Source of the DNA: an uncultured Gammaproteobacteria bacterium
GTDB taxonomy: Bacteria; Pseudomonadota; Gammaproteobacteria; Ga0077536
Assembly (NCBI GenBank): GCA_938082545.1
Contig: CALKCL010000015.1
Span: forward strand, 20,025-84,024
Direction of reading: 5' to 3'
Length of the DNA stretch: 64,000 nucleotides
Shown here: in pieces, positions 17,347-28,601 of the stretch
How positions within the stretch are numbered: position 1 is the stretch's first letter
Layout of the letters: the number at the start of each line of letters is the position of its first letter
Notes under the pieces: generated by a model
The model's input: the letters and a program-made list of their open reading frames with translations, nothing else
Databases searched by the model: none
What the model was told of the DNA's origin: nothing
Translations under genes and position numbers: made by a program

Positions 17347-18078
17347 TCAATTATTTTCTTTTTCAACTATCACTATCAAATCAGACAAGTGGTTAATAGT
17401 AAAGCTGGGTGCAACCCTGGCTTTGCCTGCCTGTAATGGTGGTGGCATTCCGTTGTCACTTATTAGAACAGTTTTTAGGCCAACATTTGTTGCGCCGTTA
17501 ATATCATGCTCTGGAGAATCCCCAACAAATAAGATTGTATCTGCTGCCAAGCCAGACAACCGCATTGCCTCTTCGAAAATCTTTGCGTCGGGCTTACAGG
17601 ATTTTACATCTTCCGAACTGATAGCATGATTAATATATTCGTGCAGACCTTCATTTTTTAAAATAGGTTCGAGCATATCATTGTCAATATTAGAGACAAT
17701 AGATAGGTACAGTCCTTTTCTTTGAAGAGCATGGAGTGTTTCTAAGGCATTTTCTTTTAATGTTAAGCAAGTAGTCACTGCCTCACGGTGAGCACTGATA
17801 TACCAAGTTAAAGTCTCTTTTGTTAGCTCTCCTCCAAGCAGCTTACAAAACAAAATGAAAATATCTTTGAATAAATTTTCATGAAGATAGTAAGTTTTTT
17901 CGGAATAAACTTGTGCAATTTGGATCGTTGCTTTTTGATAAAATTTCTTTATATCTTCAGCCGTCGCCACAATATCAAGCTTTTCTTTTGCTTGATTGAG
18001 AAGAGGAATCGTTACGCGAGGCACATCTTTATATGAGCATAAGGTTCCACCTAAGTCGAAGAAAATACCCTTAATCAT
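17347..18078 (-). CDS. HAD-superfamily hydrolase
   Basis: Motif I FFDLGGTL, motif II SIVSN, and KPD....FVGDSPEHDINGA (motifs III/IV). Confidence 0.8.
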   Translation of the reverse strand: MIKGIFFDLGGTLCSYKDVPRVTIPLLNQAKEKLDIVATAEDIKKFYQKATIQIAQVYSEKTYYLHENLFKDIFILFCKLLGGELTKETLTWYISAHREAVTTCLTLKENALETLHALQRKGLYLSIVSNIDNDMLEPILKNEGLHEYINHAISSEDVKSCKPDAKIFEEAMRLSGLAADTILFVGDSPEHDINGATNVGLKTVLISDNGMPPPLQAGKARVAPSFTINHLSDLIVIVEKENN

Positions 18079-18847
18079 TGATCAATAATTCCAGTTTTTT
18101 ATTCCAGGCGTGATCGGTGAAATCCATTTTAATAGCTGTCACGGATACTTTGTTATTAGAGATCACGTCTAAATCTGTGTTATTGGCCGTATCTTTTTCA
18201 GTGTGTGTGATTCTCACCCAGTAATAAGGTTGATTTCGCGCATCAACTCTAGGCTCTATAGCAAAACTTCCCGGAGGCCGATGCCCTTGGGATGCCACCG
18301 CGACGCCGTCCACAAAGTCCGCGGTGCAGTCTGGAAAATTTACATTCACCAGGGAATCTTCCGGCCACTCTTTCATTCGGATTAATTTCTGGAGGACTTC
18401 AGGTGCATACTTGCGGGCTGCGCTGAAATCTGACACACCTCGAGGCGGTCTTACCTGAGACAAGCTAATTGAGCGTATACCCATTAACGTGCCTTCCATT
18501 GCTGCAGCAATAGTTCCTGAATAGCTAACATCTTCAGCTAAGTTAGCACCACTATTTATGCCAGATAGGATTAGATCTGGATGAGCATCTTCCATGAAGT
18601 TCCATAAAGCCATGAGTACACAGTCAGTTGGCGTCCCATCTACTTCAAAATGTTTCGTGTCGCGTTGCTTGGCGCGGATAGGATTTGTTAAAGAGATGGA
18701 ATGACTGGCGCCACTTCGCTCGCTGCTAGGGGCAACCACCCAGACATCATCTGAAAAAGAGTAGGCAATTTCTTCAAGTAACTTGATACCAGGAGCATCT
18801 ATTCCGTCATCATTCGTGACCAGTATCCGTGGGTTGTCTGTCTTCAC
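18071..18847 (-). CDS. surE: 5'/3'-nucleotidase SurE
   Basis: ILVTNDDGIDAPGI...SGINSGANL..., 258 aa. Confidence 0.9.
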   Translation of the reverse strand: MKTDNPRILVTNDDGIDAPGIKLLEEIAYSFSDDVWVVAPSSERSGASHSISLTNPIRAKQRDTKHFEVDGTPTDCVLMALWNFMEDAHPDLILSGINSGANLAEDVSYSGTIAAAMEGTLMGIRSISLSQVRPPRGVSDFSAARKYAPEVLQKLIRMKEWPEDSLVNVNFPDCTADFVDGVAVASQGHRPPGSFAIEPRVDARNQPYYWVRITHTEKDTANNTDLDVISNNKVSVTAIKMDFTDHAWNKKLELLIND

Positions 18848-19290
18848 TTATCGTCCTTTGGGATCTTATTTCTTTGTTGTATAGAGAATAGCTTTTTTTG
18901 TAGCTGCCGAGCCTTTTTTTTATCGCCACCTAAGAAGCCTGGAGCAGTGCTATGAAACTGTATTAGATCATTAAGGATTTCTAGATTATTAGGAGCTAGG
19001 TTTGCGGCTTGATTAAAGGCCGTGTGAGTTTTTTTCGCAAATCCGATCGCTTTTAACCAACCTGATTCTTGGGCAAGTCGACCGTAACTTTTCCCTAGCA
19101 AATGGAAAGCACGGGCATTGGACGGCTCTATAGTAGATACTTTCTGATAAATTTCTGATGCATTCTTATAGTCTCCCTCTTCATAGTAGGAGTGAGCTTG
19201 CTCCATAAAAGCTATAACGTTGTGATCTGGTTGCGGGTTGGCATTTACTAATAGGCAGTAGCTGCTCAGGAAAATTATTATCAACCACAT
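18844..19290 (-). CDS. secreted TPR-repeat protein
   Basis: I take the start at the internal ATG at 19290. That removes the overlap with azoR and exposes a signal peptide, MWLIIIFLSSYCLLVNA. The body has TPR-like repeats (YYEEGDYKNASEIYQKV..., AFHLLGKSY...). Confidence 0.6.
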   Translation of the reverse strand: MWLIIIFLSSYCLLVNANPQPDHNVIAFMEQAHSYYEEGDYKNASEIYQKVSTIEPSNARAFHLLGKSYGRLAQESGWLKAIGFAKKTHTAFNQAANLAPNNLEILNDLIQFHSTAPGFLGGDKKKARQLQKKLFSIQQRNKIPKDDK

Positions 19291-19337
19291 TGAATATTTA
19301 ATTACACTCACAGGTTTTATTAAGCCTGGACAGCCTG

Positions 19338-19964
19338 TCAAAAAGACTTTGCGGTTTTTTTTGCTACTTCTATACATGAGTTTAGTGTTTTTTCAACTTC
19401 AGTCGGGTCTGACAGAGTAGGTGCTATTATAATTTTGCTAACATCAGTTAGGCCGATAAAGGCAAGCCAGTTTTCGAAAGCAGGCTTTTGAAGATCAAAA
19501 GCTTCTGTTTGACTTCCAGCGCTATATTCCCCTCCTGTTGCATAAATTACCGCAACTTTTCCTGAGACTAGTCCCGAGTAGCCGCTTTCAGGGTTAAATG
19601 CCCAAGCTAAACCAGGCTGAGTGATTAAATCAATGTAGTGCTTCAAGACGTAAGGTAAACCAAAATTCCACATTGGTACAGAAAATACATACTTATCCCC
19701 GGAGTTAAACCTGTTGAATAGGCTTTCAATTTTCTCCCAAGCTTTTTTCTCGTTTTCAGAAGGTTCGCTACCATGCATTATAGAATACTTGGCATCTAAT
19801 ACTTCATCAGAGAAAGGAGGCAACGCTTCTGCCCAAAGGTCAATCTTCTCTATAGTGTCGTTGGGATGTTCTTTGGCATAGCTGTTTAGAAATGCTTCTG
19901 ACACCTTTATTGAGTGTGATCGACTTTTCCGCGGAGAGGATTCGATGTAGATAAGCTTTGCCAT
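19338..19964 (-). CDS. azoR: FMN-dependent NADH-azoreductase family
   Basis: MAKLIYIESSPRKSRSHS... and the PMWNFGLPYVLKHYIDL motif, 208 aa. Confidence 0.8.
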   Translation of the reverse strand: MAKLIYIESSPRKSRSHSIKVSEAFLNSYAKEHPNDTIEKIDLWAEALPPFSDEVLDAKYSIMHGSEPSENEKKAWEKIESLFNRFNSGDKYVFSVPMWNFGLPYVLKHYIDLITQPGLAWAFNPESGYSGLVSGKVAVIYATGGEYSAGSQTEAFDLQKPAFENWLAFIGLTDVSKIIIAPTLSDPTEVEKTLNSCIEVAKKTAKSF

Positions 19965-20077
19965 TGGATGAGCCTCTTGTTGATGCTGTTCTTATTAAGG
20001 TGGGTCGACTGAGTTGTACCTCTTACAGTATATCCTTTTTATTTTAAATTGACTTGTTCATGTGTATTTTCTATTGC

Positions 20078-21238
20078 TTAAATTTGTGAGTAGTTTTCCA
20101 CGTGTCTTACAATACGCTCTAATGCTTTTCCCAGCCTTTCCTGAGACTGTGCAAAGCAAAGCCGGAAGTAATCATCATTGGTTGGTCCAAAAGTATAGCC
20201 TGGCGCCACGCCCACATTTTCTTTCTCAAGTAGACTTTGTGTGAATTCTAAGCTCGACCGTAGACCTTTGATTCGAGGAAATGCATAGAAAGCCCCTTGA
20301 GGTGAGGATAACTCGATGAGTGGATGGTTTCCCAACACTTGCATGACAATTTCTCGACCAGTGTGGTATCTCTTTTTCAGACTGCTGATTGTCTCTTCAC
20401 CTTTTTCTAATGCCGTAATCGCAGCTGATTGAATGAATGAAGGGGCGCTGGTATTGAAACACTCGGAGATTGTAGCCATTTGTTCTTCTAGACTTTCTGG
20501 GGTGACCATCCATCCGATCCTCCAGCCTGTCATCGCATATGTTTTTGAAAAGCTGTTTATGACAATAACGGAGTCAGTGGGTCTGGCGACTTCTAGGAAA
20601 GACGGCGCCACATTAGCGTCATAAATCATTCGATGGTAAACCTCGTCTGCGATTATAGTTATGTTTCGAGCTCTACAAATTTCGAGAAGTTCTTTTTGCT
20701 GATGCTTTTTCATAACCCAGCCTGTCGGATTACTTGGACTATTAATATAAAGTGCTCTTGTGTTCGGGCGTATTATCTTTTTAACAGCCTCTAGATCTAG
20801 CGACCACTTACCATCTTTCTGTTTCAGACGAAGGTAGTCGAACGAGGCTCCTGTCACAGATATGGCGCGATCGATATTTGGCCAATGTGGGGTGATAACT
20901 ATTGCATGCGAATTAGGATCAAGAGTCATTTGACAAGCCATCGTTACGGAGAGCATTGCTGAACCTGGAATCGTGATTCTTGTGTCGTCTATGCTTACAT
21001 TATAAAGATTATGCAAGTACTGAGAGATAGCCTTCCTTAACTCAGGTTTTCCGCGAGTGTGGCCATAATAGGTATCATTTCTGTCGAGCGCATCTTTTGC
21101 AGCTTGACGTATATATTCTGGGGTTCCGAGATCTCCTTCCCCAAACCACAAAGGGATCACTTTAGGATCATTAAGTCGCTTAAAGGCAATTTTTGTGATG
21201 CCATTTTGACGTAGTTCTCTTATGTTTTTACGTAACAT
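20078..21238 (-). CDS. class I/II pyridoxal-phosphate aminotransferase
   Basis: NSPSNPTGW and SFSKTYAMTGWRIGW (PLP-binding Lys), 386 aa. Confidence 0.85.
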   Translation of the reverse strand: MLRKNIRELRQNGITKIAFKRLNDPKVIPLWFGEGDLGTPEYIRQAAKDALDRNDTYYGHTRGKPELRKAISQYLHNLYNVSIDDTRITIPGSAMLSVTMACQMTLDPNSHAIVITPHWPNIDRAISVTGASFDYLRLKQKDGKWSLDLEAVKKIIRPNTRALYINSPSNPTGWVMKKHQQKELLEICRARNITIIADEVYHRMIYDANVAPSFLEVARPTDSVIVINSFSKTYAMTGWRIGWMVTPESLEEQMATISECFNTSAPSFIQSAAITALEKGEETISSLKKRYHTGREIVMQVLGNHPLIELSSPQGAFYAFPRIKGLRSSLEFTQSLLEKENVGVAPGYTFGPTNDDYFRLCFAQSQERLGKALERIVRHVENYSQI

Positions 21239-21330
21239 TATATGGCCTAATTATTTGAAGTAATCTGATTTATCTTAGGCTAACAGGCTGTCATGCTATA
21301 TTGTATGTTTCAAGTACAAAAGGATTATGT

Positions 21331-22188
21331 ATGACTTTTCATATCAATCCGTTGCACGCTTCGTTCGCTGGCGAGGTTATCGGTATAAACCTTTCTAGAG
21401 ACTGTGGGTCAGAGATACTAGGTTATCTTCGTGAGGCACTTGATACTTATGCAGTTCTAGTTTTTCGAGGTCAGCTTTTGAGTGATGACCAGCAACTGCT
21501 CTTTGCACAACAACTCGATGGGGCCTTACACACGAAGACTGGCGTGGCTGCTCTTGGGCCAAATAGGTTTGGTAATGAAGCCATTACGGATGTGTCAAAT
21601 ATAGGTGACAACGGAGCTATTTTGAAATCAAGTGATAGGCGTTCCCAGTATGCGTTAGCGAATCGCCTTTGGCATACCGATGCCTCTTTTGAAAGTCCTA
21701 GGGGCAAATATTCTTTGCTGTCGGCTCGAATTGTACCTGAACAGGGTGGTTCTACCGAATACGCGGATATGCGCTCAGCCTATGACGAGTTAGATCTGGA
21801 CACCAAAGCTATCATTTCCGAGTTGAAAGCCCATCACTCGATTGCTTATTCTCGCGAGCGATTGGGTTTCGAATTTAAAGCTAATGAAAGAGAAATTTTG
21901 TATGGTACGGCTTATCCGATAGCTGATCTGAATCAAAGAACAGGCAGAACAGCTTTGTACCTAGCTGCCCATGCATCTCATGTTGTAGATTGGCCTATCC
22001 CTGATGGGCGCCTACTGATCCAAGATTTAATAGAACATGCCGTGGATCGTAAATTTGTTTACACACATCAATGGAAGGCTCATGACCTAGTGATTTGGGA
22101 TAACCTTACTACCATGCATAGAGGAAGGCCTTATGCCTGTTATACCGATAAACGAGAAATGCGCAGAGTCACCACATTAGACTGCTGA
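21331..22188 (+). CDS. TauD/TfdA-family Fe(II)/2-oxoglutarate dioxygenase
   Basis: WHTDASF (the HxD part of the facial triad), ...HHS..., and DLVIWDNLTTMHR. I prefer the ATG at 21331, which follows AAAGGA. Confidence 0.8.
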   Translation: MTFHINPLHASFAGEVIGINLSRDCGSEILGYLREALDTYAVLVFRGQLLSDDQQLLFAQQLDGALHTKTGVAALGPNRFGNEAITDVSNIGDNGAILKSSDRRSQYALANRLWHTDASFESPRGKYSLLSARIVPEQGGSTEYADMRSAYDELDLDTKAIISELKAHHSIAYSRERLGFEFKANEREILYGTAYPIADLNQRTGRTALYLAAHASHVVDWPIPDGRLLIQDLIEHAVDRKFVYTHQWKAHDLVIWDNLTTMHRGRPYACYTDKREMRRVTTLDC

Positions 22189-22230
22189 ACCGTTAAGTCG
22201 TCAGGTTGTTTCTAATGACCCCTTACCCAT

Positions 22231-23004
22231 TTAGTCTAGGATCGCAACAGCTCTTGTCCAACCAGCAGAAGCGCCACGAATTTTCACTGGGAAACAGCTA
22301 ACCATAAAGCCACTACTTGGAATAGCCTCTAAATTATGCAATTTCTCAAGATGGCAATAACCAATTTCTCGCCCAGCTTTATGTCCTTCCCAAATAATTT
22401 CACTGTCCCCTGTTTCCGCGTACTTTTCCTGAGTATGGACGAAGGGAGCATCCCAGCTCCAGCCGTCCGTTCCTGTTAGTCTTACACCTTTCTCTAAAAG
22501 GTAGAGTGTCGCTTCTTTGCCCATTCCACAGCCACTAGAAACATAGTCATCATGGCCATATCGGAGTCCTGCCCGAGTGTTTACAACCACGATTTCTAGT
22601 GGGCTTAATTCATGATTGATCCTTAATAGCTCTTTTTCGACATCTTTAGCCGTGACAACATATCCATCTGGAAAATGACGAAAATCAAGCTTGATACCTG
22701 GTTGGAAGCACCAATTTAGATCGACTTCATCTATTGAGATAGCCCGTTCACCATGGTTCATTGTAGAGTGAAAGTGATAGGGAGCATCTAGGTGCGTCCC
22801 ATTATGAGTCATCAGTTTTATCCATTCTATTGCCCAGCCTTCTCCTTCTGGCAGATCGTGCTCTTCTGCGCCCGGAAAAAATTTGACTACGTCCTTCGCA
22901 GAGTCTTTATGCGTGATGTAATCAATATGCGGCCCATACCCTGGCGGATCTGATACAACATCGTTTTCTAGATGCATTGATATATCTATTAGTGTTCTAG
23001 CCAT
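22231..23004 (-). CDS. cyclase-family protein (kynurenine formamidase-like metal hydrolase)
   Basis: [13 protein letters not shown] matches the HxGTHxDxPxH motif. The gene overlaps the upstream Mo-hydroxylase gene by 8 nt. Confidence 0.8.
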   Translation of the reverse strand: MARTLIDISMHLENDVVSDPPGYGPHIDYITHKDSAKDVVKFFPGAEEHDLPEGEGWAIEWIKLMTHNGTHLDAPYHFHSTMNHGERAISIDEVDLNWCFQPGIKLDFRHFPDGYVVTAKDVEKELLRINHELSPLEIVVVNTRAGLRYGHDDYVSSGCGMGKEATLYLLEKGVRLTGTDGWSWDAPFVHTQEKYAETGDSEIIWEGHKAGREIGYCHLEKLHNLEAIPSSGFMVSCFPVKIRGASAGWTRAVAILD

Positions 23005-25900
23005 CTACCTTCTCCCATGTGGCTTTTTTGATTATTTCGCGTATTTTTGTTGGCGAGAGGGGACAAGACATCACCTTGACATTGAAAGGACGAAGGGCGT
23101 CTTCCACCGCGGCCATTAAAACAGTACTTGTAGCAATACTCCCATCTTCTCCCGCACCTTTTGCACCTACAGAAGTTGAAGGTGAGTGTGTGGCAAGATG
23201 ATCAATTTCTATTTCGGGGCTGGCCCACACAGTTGGCATACCATACTCTTTTAGAGTAGTTGCATATGGGACGCCATTTTCGGAGTATTCAAGGTTTTCA
23301 TAGATAGTTCCACCAATTTGTTGGACGATACTTCCCTGAATTTGCCCTTTAAGCAGAAGTGGATTCAAAATCACTCCATGGTCCGCGACCATCCAGATCT
23401 TTTTAATGTCTATTTTTCCTGTTTCAATATCGACTTCGACTAGTGCGCCTGCAGCACCGTTAGCATGCGCCGGATAGAATTGCATACGGCCTAGATCGTC
23501 TGCTTTCCAGTTGACCTGCGGATGCCTATATGTCCCAAGCGCCTCAAGTAATGGACTATCAGCATCGGCTAAAATTATTTCGGAACCTGGTTGGACATAC
23601 GCTGCATACGCAAGTTCTTTGAAGGTACATTGGGTTTTATCAACGGAATTAATGATTAGTCCCGAATTGATAATAATTTGCTCGGGAGTACATTTAAGAA
23701 GCACACTTGCACCGATACGGATGCGAGATAAGAGTTTTTCGGCCGCATTTATAATCGCGCCAACTGCGAACATGGCGCCACGACTTGAGAAAGTACCCGA
23801 GCCGAAAGGAGCGGCTTTTGTATCTCCCCAACTCACGGTGACATCCTGAATTGCGCAGCCTATTTGATCTGCACATACTTGAGCATAAGCGGTTTCTATA
23901 CCTTGACCAATATTTTGCATAGCAGTCATTACGTGGACCGATCCGTCCGAAGCTATTTTTACTGTTACTGATTCATAATTTTGGCTAGTGCTCCCAGGAA
24001 AAGTAGCGCCTGCAGGCTCTATATACGGAATAAGTGCCATCCCCAAATAACGACCACTTTCTAACGCTGCTATTTGTTGCTCCCTAAGCTCACTTAGTCC
24101 CATATTAGTTTCCAGTTTATCTAGACATTCTCGCAGGGAGCCATTTTCGATAATGGGGCCAGTGACAAGTTGAAATGGATATGAGGTTAGTAGATTTCGG
24201 CGTCTTATTTCAATCGGGTCTATTTCAAGTCGGTCCGCGGCCTGGTCTAGTATGCGTTCGATCAGCATATTTGCAAGATCTTTGCCATAGCCGCGGTACG
24301 CGTTATACGGCCCTTTGTTGGTCACAACACACTCAACATGCGTTCTATATGTATCGATGATGTATGGACCAGGCGCATAATTTCCCCCGTTCAGAGGCAT
24401 ACCTATTCCTGCTCCACGTTCTGCTCCGTCACACCCCATATCAGCTAATATTTTTGTTTCCATGGCTAAGATTTTACCCGCACGGGTGAAAGCCATCCGT
24501 GAGCTCGTGTGGTAATCGCGGGCACCTGGGCCTGCATGCATCCATTCAGTCCGGCTCTCGACCCAATTTACTGGGCGTTCGCAGAGTATGGATCCAAGAA
24601 TAGCAAAATACTCTGAGTCAACTGATAGCTTAGCCCCAAATCCACCTCCAACATCTCCTGCCAAGACTTCGATACGGCTCTCTGAGAGCCCGAAAACTTG
24701 ACCGATAGCCATACGCATTTGATGTGGAATTTGAGTAGAAGCTCTAACTACTATTGACTCTTCAGCAGGATCATAAGTAGCACGCGCTGATCTAGTTTCC
24801 ATTGGCATAGCGCTATATCTGTGTGATGATATTTTTTCATCGATGATTAGATCTGAGGAGGTAAATTTTTCGTCTATGTTTCCGTGTTCGAATTCAAATG
24901 CTACTTGCACGTTCGTACCCCATTCGGGGTAGAGTAGCCCGTCATCATCAGCATTAAGAGCGCCAGATTTTAGTGGATCAGTGTTCACGGGGAGCGGTTC
25001 ATAACTTACATGGACACTCCGCGCAGCATCTTCTGCAATATAGGGGTCGTCAGCAATAATTAGTACTAATGCCTCGCCATAGAAAATAGTTTTTTCTGTG
25101 GCCAGCGCGTATCGCTTTGGGAGCTTCAAATCGAGAAGTTCCATTGTGGGTGCGAGAGGCTTCCAGTAGCTTTTTGCTTCTTCTCCGCAAATCACTCGAT
25201 TTACCCCAGGCATCGCTTCTGCAATACTTGTATCTATCTGAATAATTTTGGCATGTGCTTGGTTCGATCTAGCAACTGCAGCATATAAATCACCGGTTTC
25301 TTGATAATTGTCTACATATCGTCCCCGTCCTGAAGTCAGTCTTACGTCTTCCCGTCGCTGTAATGGCTGTCCTATCCAATTTTTCGTTTCTTTGAGTTCT
25401 AATTCTGTTTTTCCTAGCGATTTTGCTTGTGAGTTCGCAACTTTAATAGCATGTATGATATTGGTATAGCCCGTACAACGACAGATGTTCCCCGAAATCC
25501 CCGTTTTTATTTCATCGTCACTCAAGTGAGCCCCTTTAGACCTTTTTATCAGAGCTGCAGCACTCATAATCATTCCCGAGGTGCAGTAGCCGCATTGAAG
25601 GGCATGAGACCCCACGAATGCTTCCTGTATATTCTGGATGACTTTATCATTGCGATAATTTTCTACTGTCGTTATTACCTTGCCATGGACGCTCGCTGCT
25701 AAGACGAGACAAGACTTTACGATTTCTCCATCAATTTCAACGGTACATGCACCGCAGGAACCTTCTTCGCAACCAAAGCGTACACTTTTTTTGTTTGCTA
25801 CAGTTCTCAGAAAGTCAGTTAGAAGCATTCTAGATGGGACAGAGTTAACAATCTCTATACCATTAACACTAACTGCAATATCCCGTTCGTCGTTATTCAT
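22997..25900 (-). CDS. xanthine-dehydrogenase-family molybdenum hydroxylase with fused [2Fe-2S] small subunit and molybdopterin large subunit
   Basis: The N-terminus has [12 protein letters not shown] and QCGYCTSGM...CRCTGY (two 2Fe-2S sites). About 800 aa of large subunit follows (GGGFGAK, AYRGYGK). Total 967 aa. Confidence 0.85.
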   Translation of the reverse strand: MNNDERDIAVSVNGIEIVNSVPSRMLLTDFLRTVANKKSVRFGCEEGSCGACTVEIDGEIVKSCLVLAASVHGKVITTVENYRNDKVIQNIQEAFVGSHALQCGYCTSGMIMSAAALIKRSKGAHLSDDEIKTGISGNICRCTGYTNIIHAIKVANSQAKSLGKTELELKETKNWIGQPLQRREDVRLTSGRGRYVDNYQETGDLYAAVARSNQAHAKIIQIDTSIAEAMPGVNRVICGEEAKSYWKPLAPTMELLDLKLPKRYALATEKTIFYGEALVLIIADDPYIAEDAARSVHVSYEPLPVNTDPLKSGALNADDDGLLYPEWGTNVQVAFEFEHGNIDEKFTSSDLIIDEKISSHRYSAMPMETRSARATYDPAEESIVVRASTQIPHQMRMAIGQVFGLSESRIEVLAGDVGGGFGAKLSVDSEYFAILGSILCERPVNWVESRTEWMHAGPGARDYHTSSRMAFTRAGKILAMETKILADMGCDGAERGAGIGMPLNGGNYAPGPYIIDTYRTHVECVVTNKGPYNAYRGYGKDLANMLIERILDQAADRLEIDPIEIRRRNLLTSYPFQLVTGPIIENGSLRECLDKLETNMGLSELREQQIAALESGRYLGMALIPYIEPAGATFPGSTSQNYESVTVKIASDGSVHVMTAMQNIGQGIETAYAQVCADQIGCAIQDVTVSWGDTKAAPFGSGTFSSRGAMFAVGAIINAAEKLLSRIRIGASVLLKCTPEQIIINSGLIINSVDKTQCTFKELAYAAYVQPGSEIILADADSPLLEALGTYRHPQVNWKADDLGRMQFYPAHANGAAGALVEVDIETGKIDIKKIWMVADHGVILNPLLLKGQIQGSIVQQIGGTIYENLEYSENGVPYATTLKEYGMPTVWASPEIEIDHLATHSPSTSVGAKGAGEDGSIATSTVLMAAVEDALRPFNVKVMSCPLSPTKIREIIKKATWEKVDG

Positions 25901-26717
25901 CGAGTTTGCACCTCAACGAATTTAAAACTCTCCTAGCTAGTGATATAGCAAGCTCCAGACGATATTGTTGGGACCCGTATTGGTCGGTGTGAAAATCATT
26001 CAAACGATCAGGGATTTTATTCATTATAGTTGCTGCATGATTCATCTTGTTGTGTTCGTCTGTTTCTATGATGAGAGGAACATTACGTGTGCCGCCGATT
26101 ACCAGGGTGGTTTTTTTTTCTGAAGATACTACGCTGACATTAACAAGTGCCAGATCGTTACGTTGTCGTGAGAACTCTAAATAACGACCTGCAGCGAGTT
26201 CATGATTAGGAATTAAAATATTTTTTACTAATTCGTTTTCCAGAATATTTTTTTGAAAAGACACGAAAAAATCTTTTAACGAGATTTTTCTTTCCTGTAA
26301 CTTGCTATTAATGGTTGTGATGATTGCATTGCTTGCAAGCAATGCAATAGACATGTTCGCACGTGGATCTGACCAGCAAATATTGCCGACTACTGTTGCT
26401 AGGTTTCTAACTTGCACATCTCCAACTTGCTGTGCCGCTTCCCGTAGCCAAGGTGTGTGCTCCTCAATTATCTGGCTGGATAATAAATCAGACAGTGTTG
26501 TTAGAGCACCAATTTCTATAGAGTCTGCTTTTTTTATAATATCGCCGCTGAGCTCTGCGATGTTAGATATAGAGATGAGTTTAGTAACTGTGACTTGTCG
26601 CAGTCTCATAGATGGAATTAAACTTTGTCCACCCGCTATGACAGTTGCTTCCGTAATCAAATCAAGAGCTTGGGCGATATTTTCTGGCTCGTAGTAATCG
26701 AAAGGTCCCGGTCTCAT
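25893..26717 (-). CDS. molybdenum hydroxylase FAD-binding subunit (CoxM-like)
   Basis: MRPGPFDYYEPENIAQA...IAGGQSLIPSMRLR. I take the start at ATG 26717; the ORF track uses GTG 26741. It overlaps the downstream subunit gene by 8 nt. Confidence 0.8.
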   Translation of the reverse strand: MRPGPFDYYEPENIAQALDLITEATVIAGGQSLIPSMRLRQVTVTKLISISNIAELSGDIIKKADSIEIGALTTLSDLLSSQIIEEHTPWLREAAQQVGDVQVRNLATVVGNICWSDPRANMSIALLASNAIITTINSKLQERKISLKDFFVSFQKNILENELVKNILIPNHELAAGRYLEFSRQRNDLALVNVSVVSSEKKTTLVIGGTRNVPLIIETDEHNKMNHAATIMNKIPDRLNDFHTDQYGSQQYRLELAISLARRVLNSLRCKLDE

Positions 26718-26868
26718 ATTGAATGCAGCTCCCTTTGGCACACATATGTTTCTAAATTAATTCTATGCTAAATTCTATAAAGACGCAGCTGGTTTAAAAA
26801 AGTCGCACTACTCTAGTTCATTCTCTACAATCAGTGAAACTAGTGTGTTAGTTTTTTAGGGGAAAAAA

Positions 26869-28062
26869 TTGAGTATTCCAGATTTATCATCGTTCGGCTT
26901 TGCGCAAGATTACCAATCTGTATATGACCTTGCTTACCGCTATTCAAAAGAAGAGCTATACCCTTTGTGTGGGAAAATGGATGATGAGGAGTGGTTTCCA
27001 GAGGATGCCTTTCGTGCGATGGGCGAGCAAGGTCTCCTAGGTGTTACAGTGCCAGTGGAGTTCGGTGGAGCTGGCTTAGATGTATTAGCGCAGTGTTTTA
27101 TCTGTGAGGCAGTAGCGTATTGGAACCATACATTGAGTGCTTCATTGCTGGGCAGCGATAATTTATGTGTCCATAATCTCGTTAAAAATGGGAATAGTGA
27201 TCAAAAACGTACCTATCTGCCAAAGTTTTGTGACGGTTCGGCTATTGGGGCATTAGGGATGACAGAGCCTGGTGCCGGCTCGGATGCTCTTGGAAGCATG
27301 GCAACTACTGCGACCCGTGACGGTGATGACTTTATCCTCAACGGACGGAAATTGTTCATAACCAATGGACCTGTTGCAGACGTTCTTCTTATTTACGCAA
27401 AAACAGATCTTGAGAAAAAACAGCATGGCATTTCTGCCTTTATTGTAGAAAAAAAATTCAATGGCTTTAGCGTCGCCCAGAAGCTCGACAAGATGGGTTG
27501 GAGAGGTAGTCCTACCGGCGAACTCGTCTTTGATGAGTGTCGTGTTCCAGCTAGTAATTTGGTCGGAGGAGAGAACGAAGGCAATATTGTGATGATGAGT
27601 GGTCTCGACGTCGAGAGAGTAATTGGAGCATTCTTTTGTTTAGGTATGGCTCAACGGGCATTGGACTTATCGGTCGAATACGCCACCGTGAGAAAGCAGT
27701 TTGAGAAACCAATAGGCAGTTTCCAGCTAGTGCAGGGCATGCTGGCTGATATGTACACTGAACTGGAAGGCTTAAGAGCATTCACTTATCAACTTGGTCG
27801 GGAGATCAAAGATTTATCTATTAGCGAAGCAGGTCGTGGTGTAATTCATAAACGGTCAGCTGCAGCTTTATTGTGTGCCGGGCGAGCGTGTATGAAAATA
27901 CTTGATTCTGCAGTACAAATCCATGGCGGAATGGGATGCATGCGTGAAACTGAAGTGAATAGACTGTATCGGAGTGGGAAAATAATGGAGATTGGTGCAG
28001 GCACTAATCAAGTTAGGCAAATCATAATAGCTGGTGAATTGCTAAAAGAAAATGCCTCCTAG
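26869..28062 (+). CDS. acyl-CoA dehydrogenase
   Basis: GMTEPGAGSD, the FITNG pattern and a C-terminal QIHGGMG...EIGAGTNQV, 397 aa. TTG start as in the ORF track. Confidence 0.88.
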   Translation: MSIPDLSSFGFAQDYQSVYDLAYRYSKEELYPLCGKMDDEEWFPEDAFRAMGEQGLLGVTVPVEFGGAGLDVLAQCFICEAVAYWNHTLSASLLGSDNLCVHNLVKNGNSDQKRTYLPKFCDGSAIGALGMTEPGAGSDALGSMATTATRDGDDFILNGRKLFITNGPVADVLLIYAKTDLEKKQHGISAFIVEKKFNGFSVAQKLDKMGWRGSPTGELVFDECRVPASNLVGGENEGNIVMMSGLDVERVIGAFFCLGMAQRALDLSVEYATVRKQFEKPIGSFQLVQGMLADMYTELEGLRAFTYQLGREIKDLSISEAGRGVIHKRSAAALLCAGRACMKILDSAVQIHGGMGCMRETEVNRLYRSGKIMEIGAGTNQVRQIIIAGELLKENAS

Positions 28063-28090
28063 TTTACTCCGAGCGATCTAAGACAGCGTA

Positions 28091-28534
28091 TTAAATAATC
28101 CTTTTCCATATAAGGGTGTGCACGGATTTTTCTCCATCCTGCCCGCGCATTGGTGGAGTTTTTAAGATCAAGTTTTTTTGAGTCAGCTCAAAGTATCTGA
28201 GTTGATCATGGCCAGGCCAGCTAGATGCGGATGCCCCCAAGACATGGTGAGTGACAGTGCCTGCTCCGGCATCAATTGTAAAAGTTCCGAAATAGCTTGT
28301 ATATCCTTGAAAAGCAACTCGGTATTCGTCATCACTGACTTCTTGAGGGTTGCGTGAACTGAAAATTTTACGATCTGATGCCATGAGTTGAGCTGCCATG
28401 TTTCCTGCCAGATCATAATTTATTCGTCCAACTACTTTCTCTCCTAGTGGAAACGCGATCTTTTTATCTCCTTTTTGTGAGTAGCTATCCTCTAGTTCCC
28501 ATGTACCTACAAAGCGCACCATCAGGTCGTCCAT
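28091..28534 (-). CDS. lipocalin-like domain protein
   Basis: FVGTWELEDSY...GRINYDLAGNMAAQLM...YTSYFGTFTID fits the bacterial lipocalin-like domain pattern. Confidence 0.6.
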   Translation of the reverse strand: MDDLMVRFVGTWELEDSYSQKGDKKIAFPLGEKVVGRINYDLAGNMAAQLMASDRKIFSSRNPQEVSDDEYRVAFQGYTSYFGTFTIDAGAGTVTHHVLGASASSWPGHDQLRYFELTQKNLILKTPPMRGQDGEKSVHTLIWKRII

Positions 28535-28601
28535 CTTTAGATCCTTTTAGTTAAGTAACGTATCAGTCCTAATTATAGCAACTGTTTTGTCGAAAGTTTG
28601 C

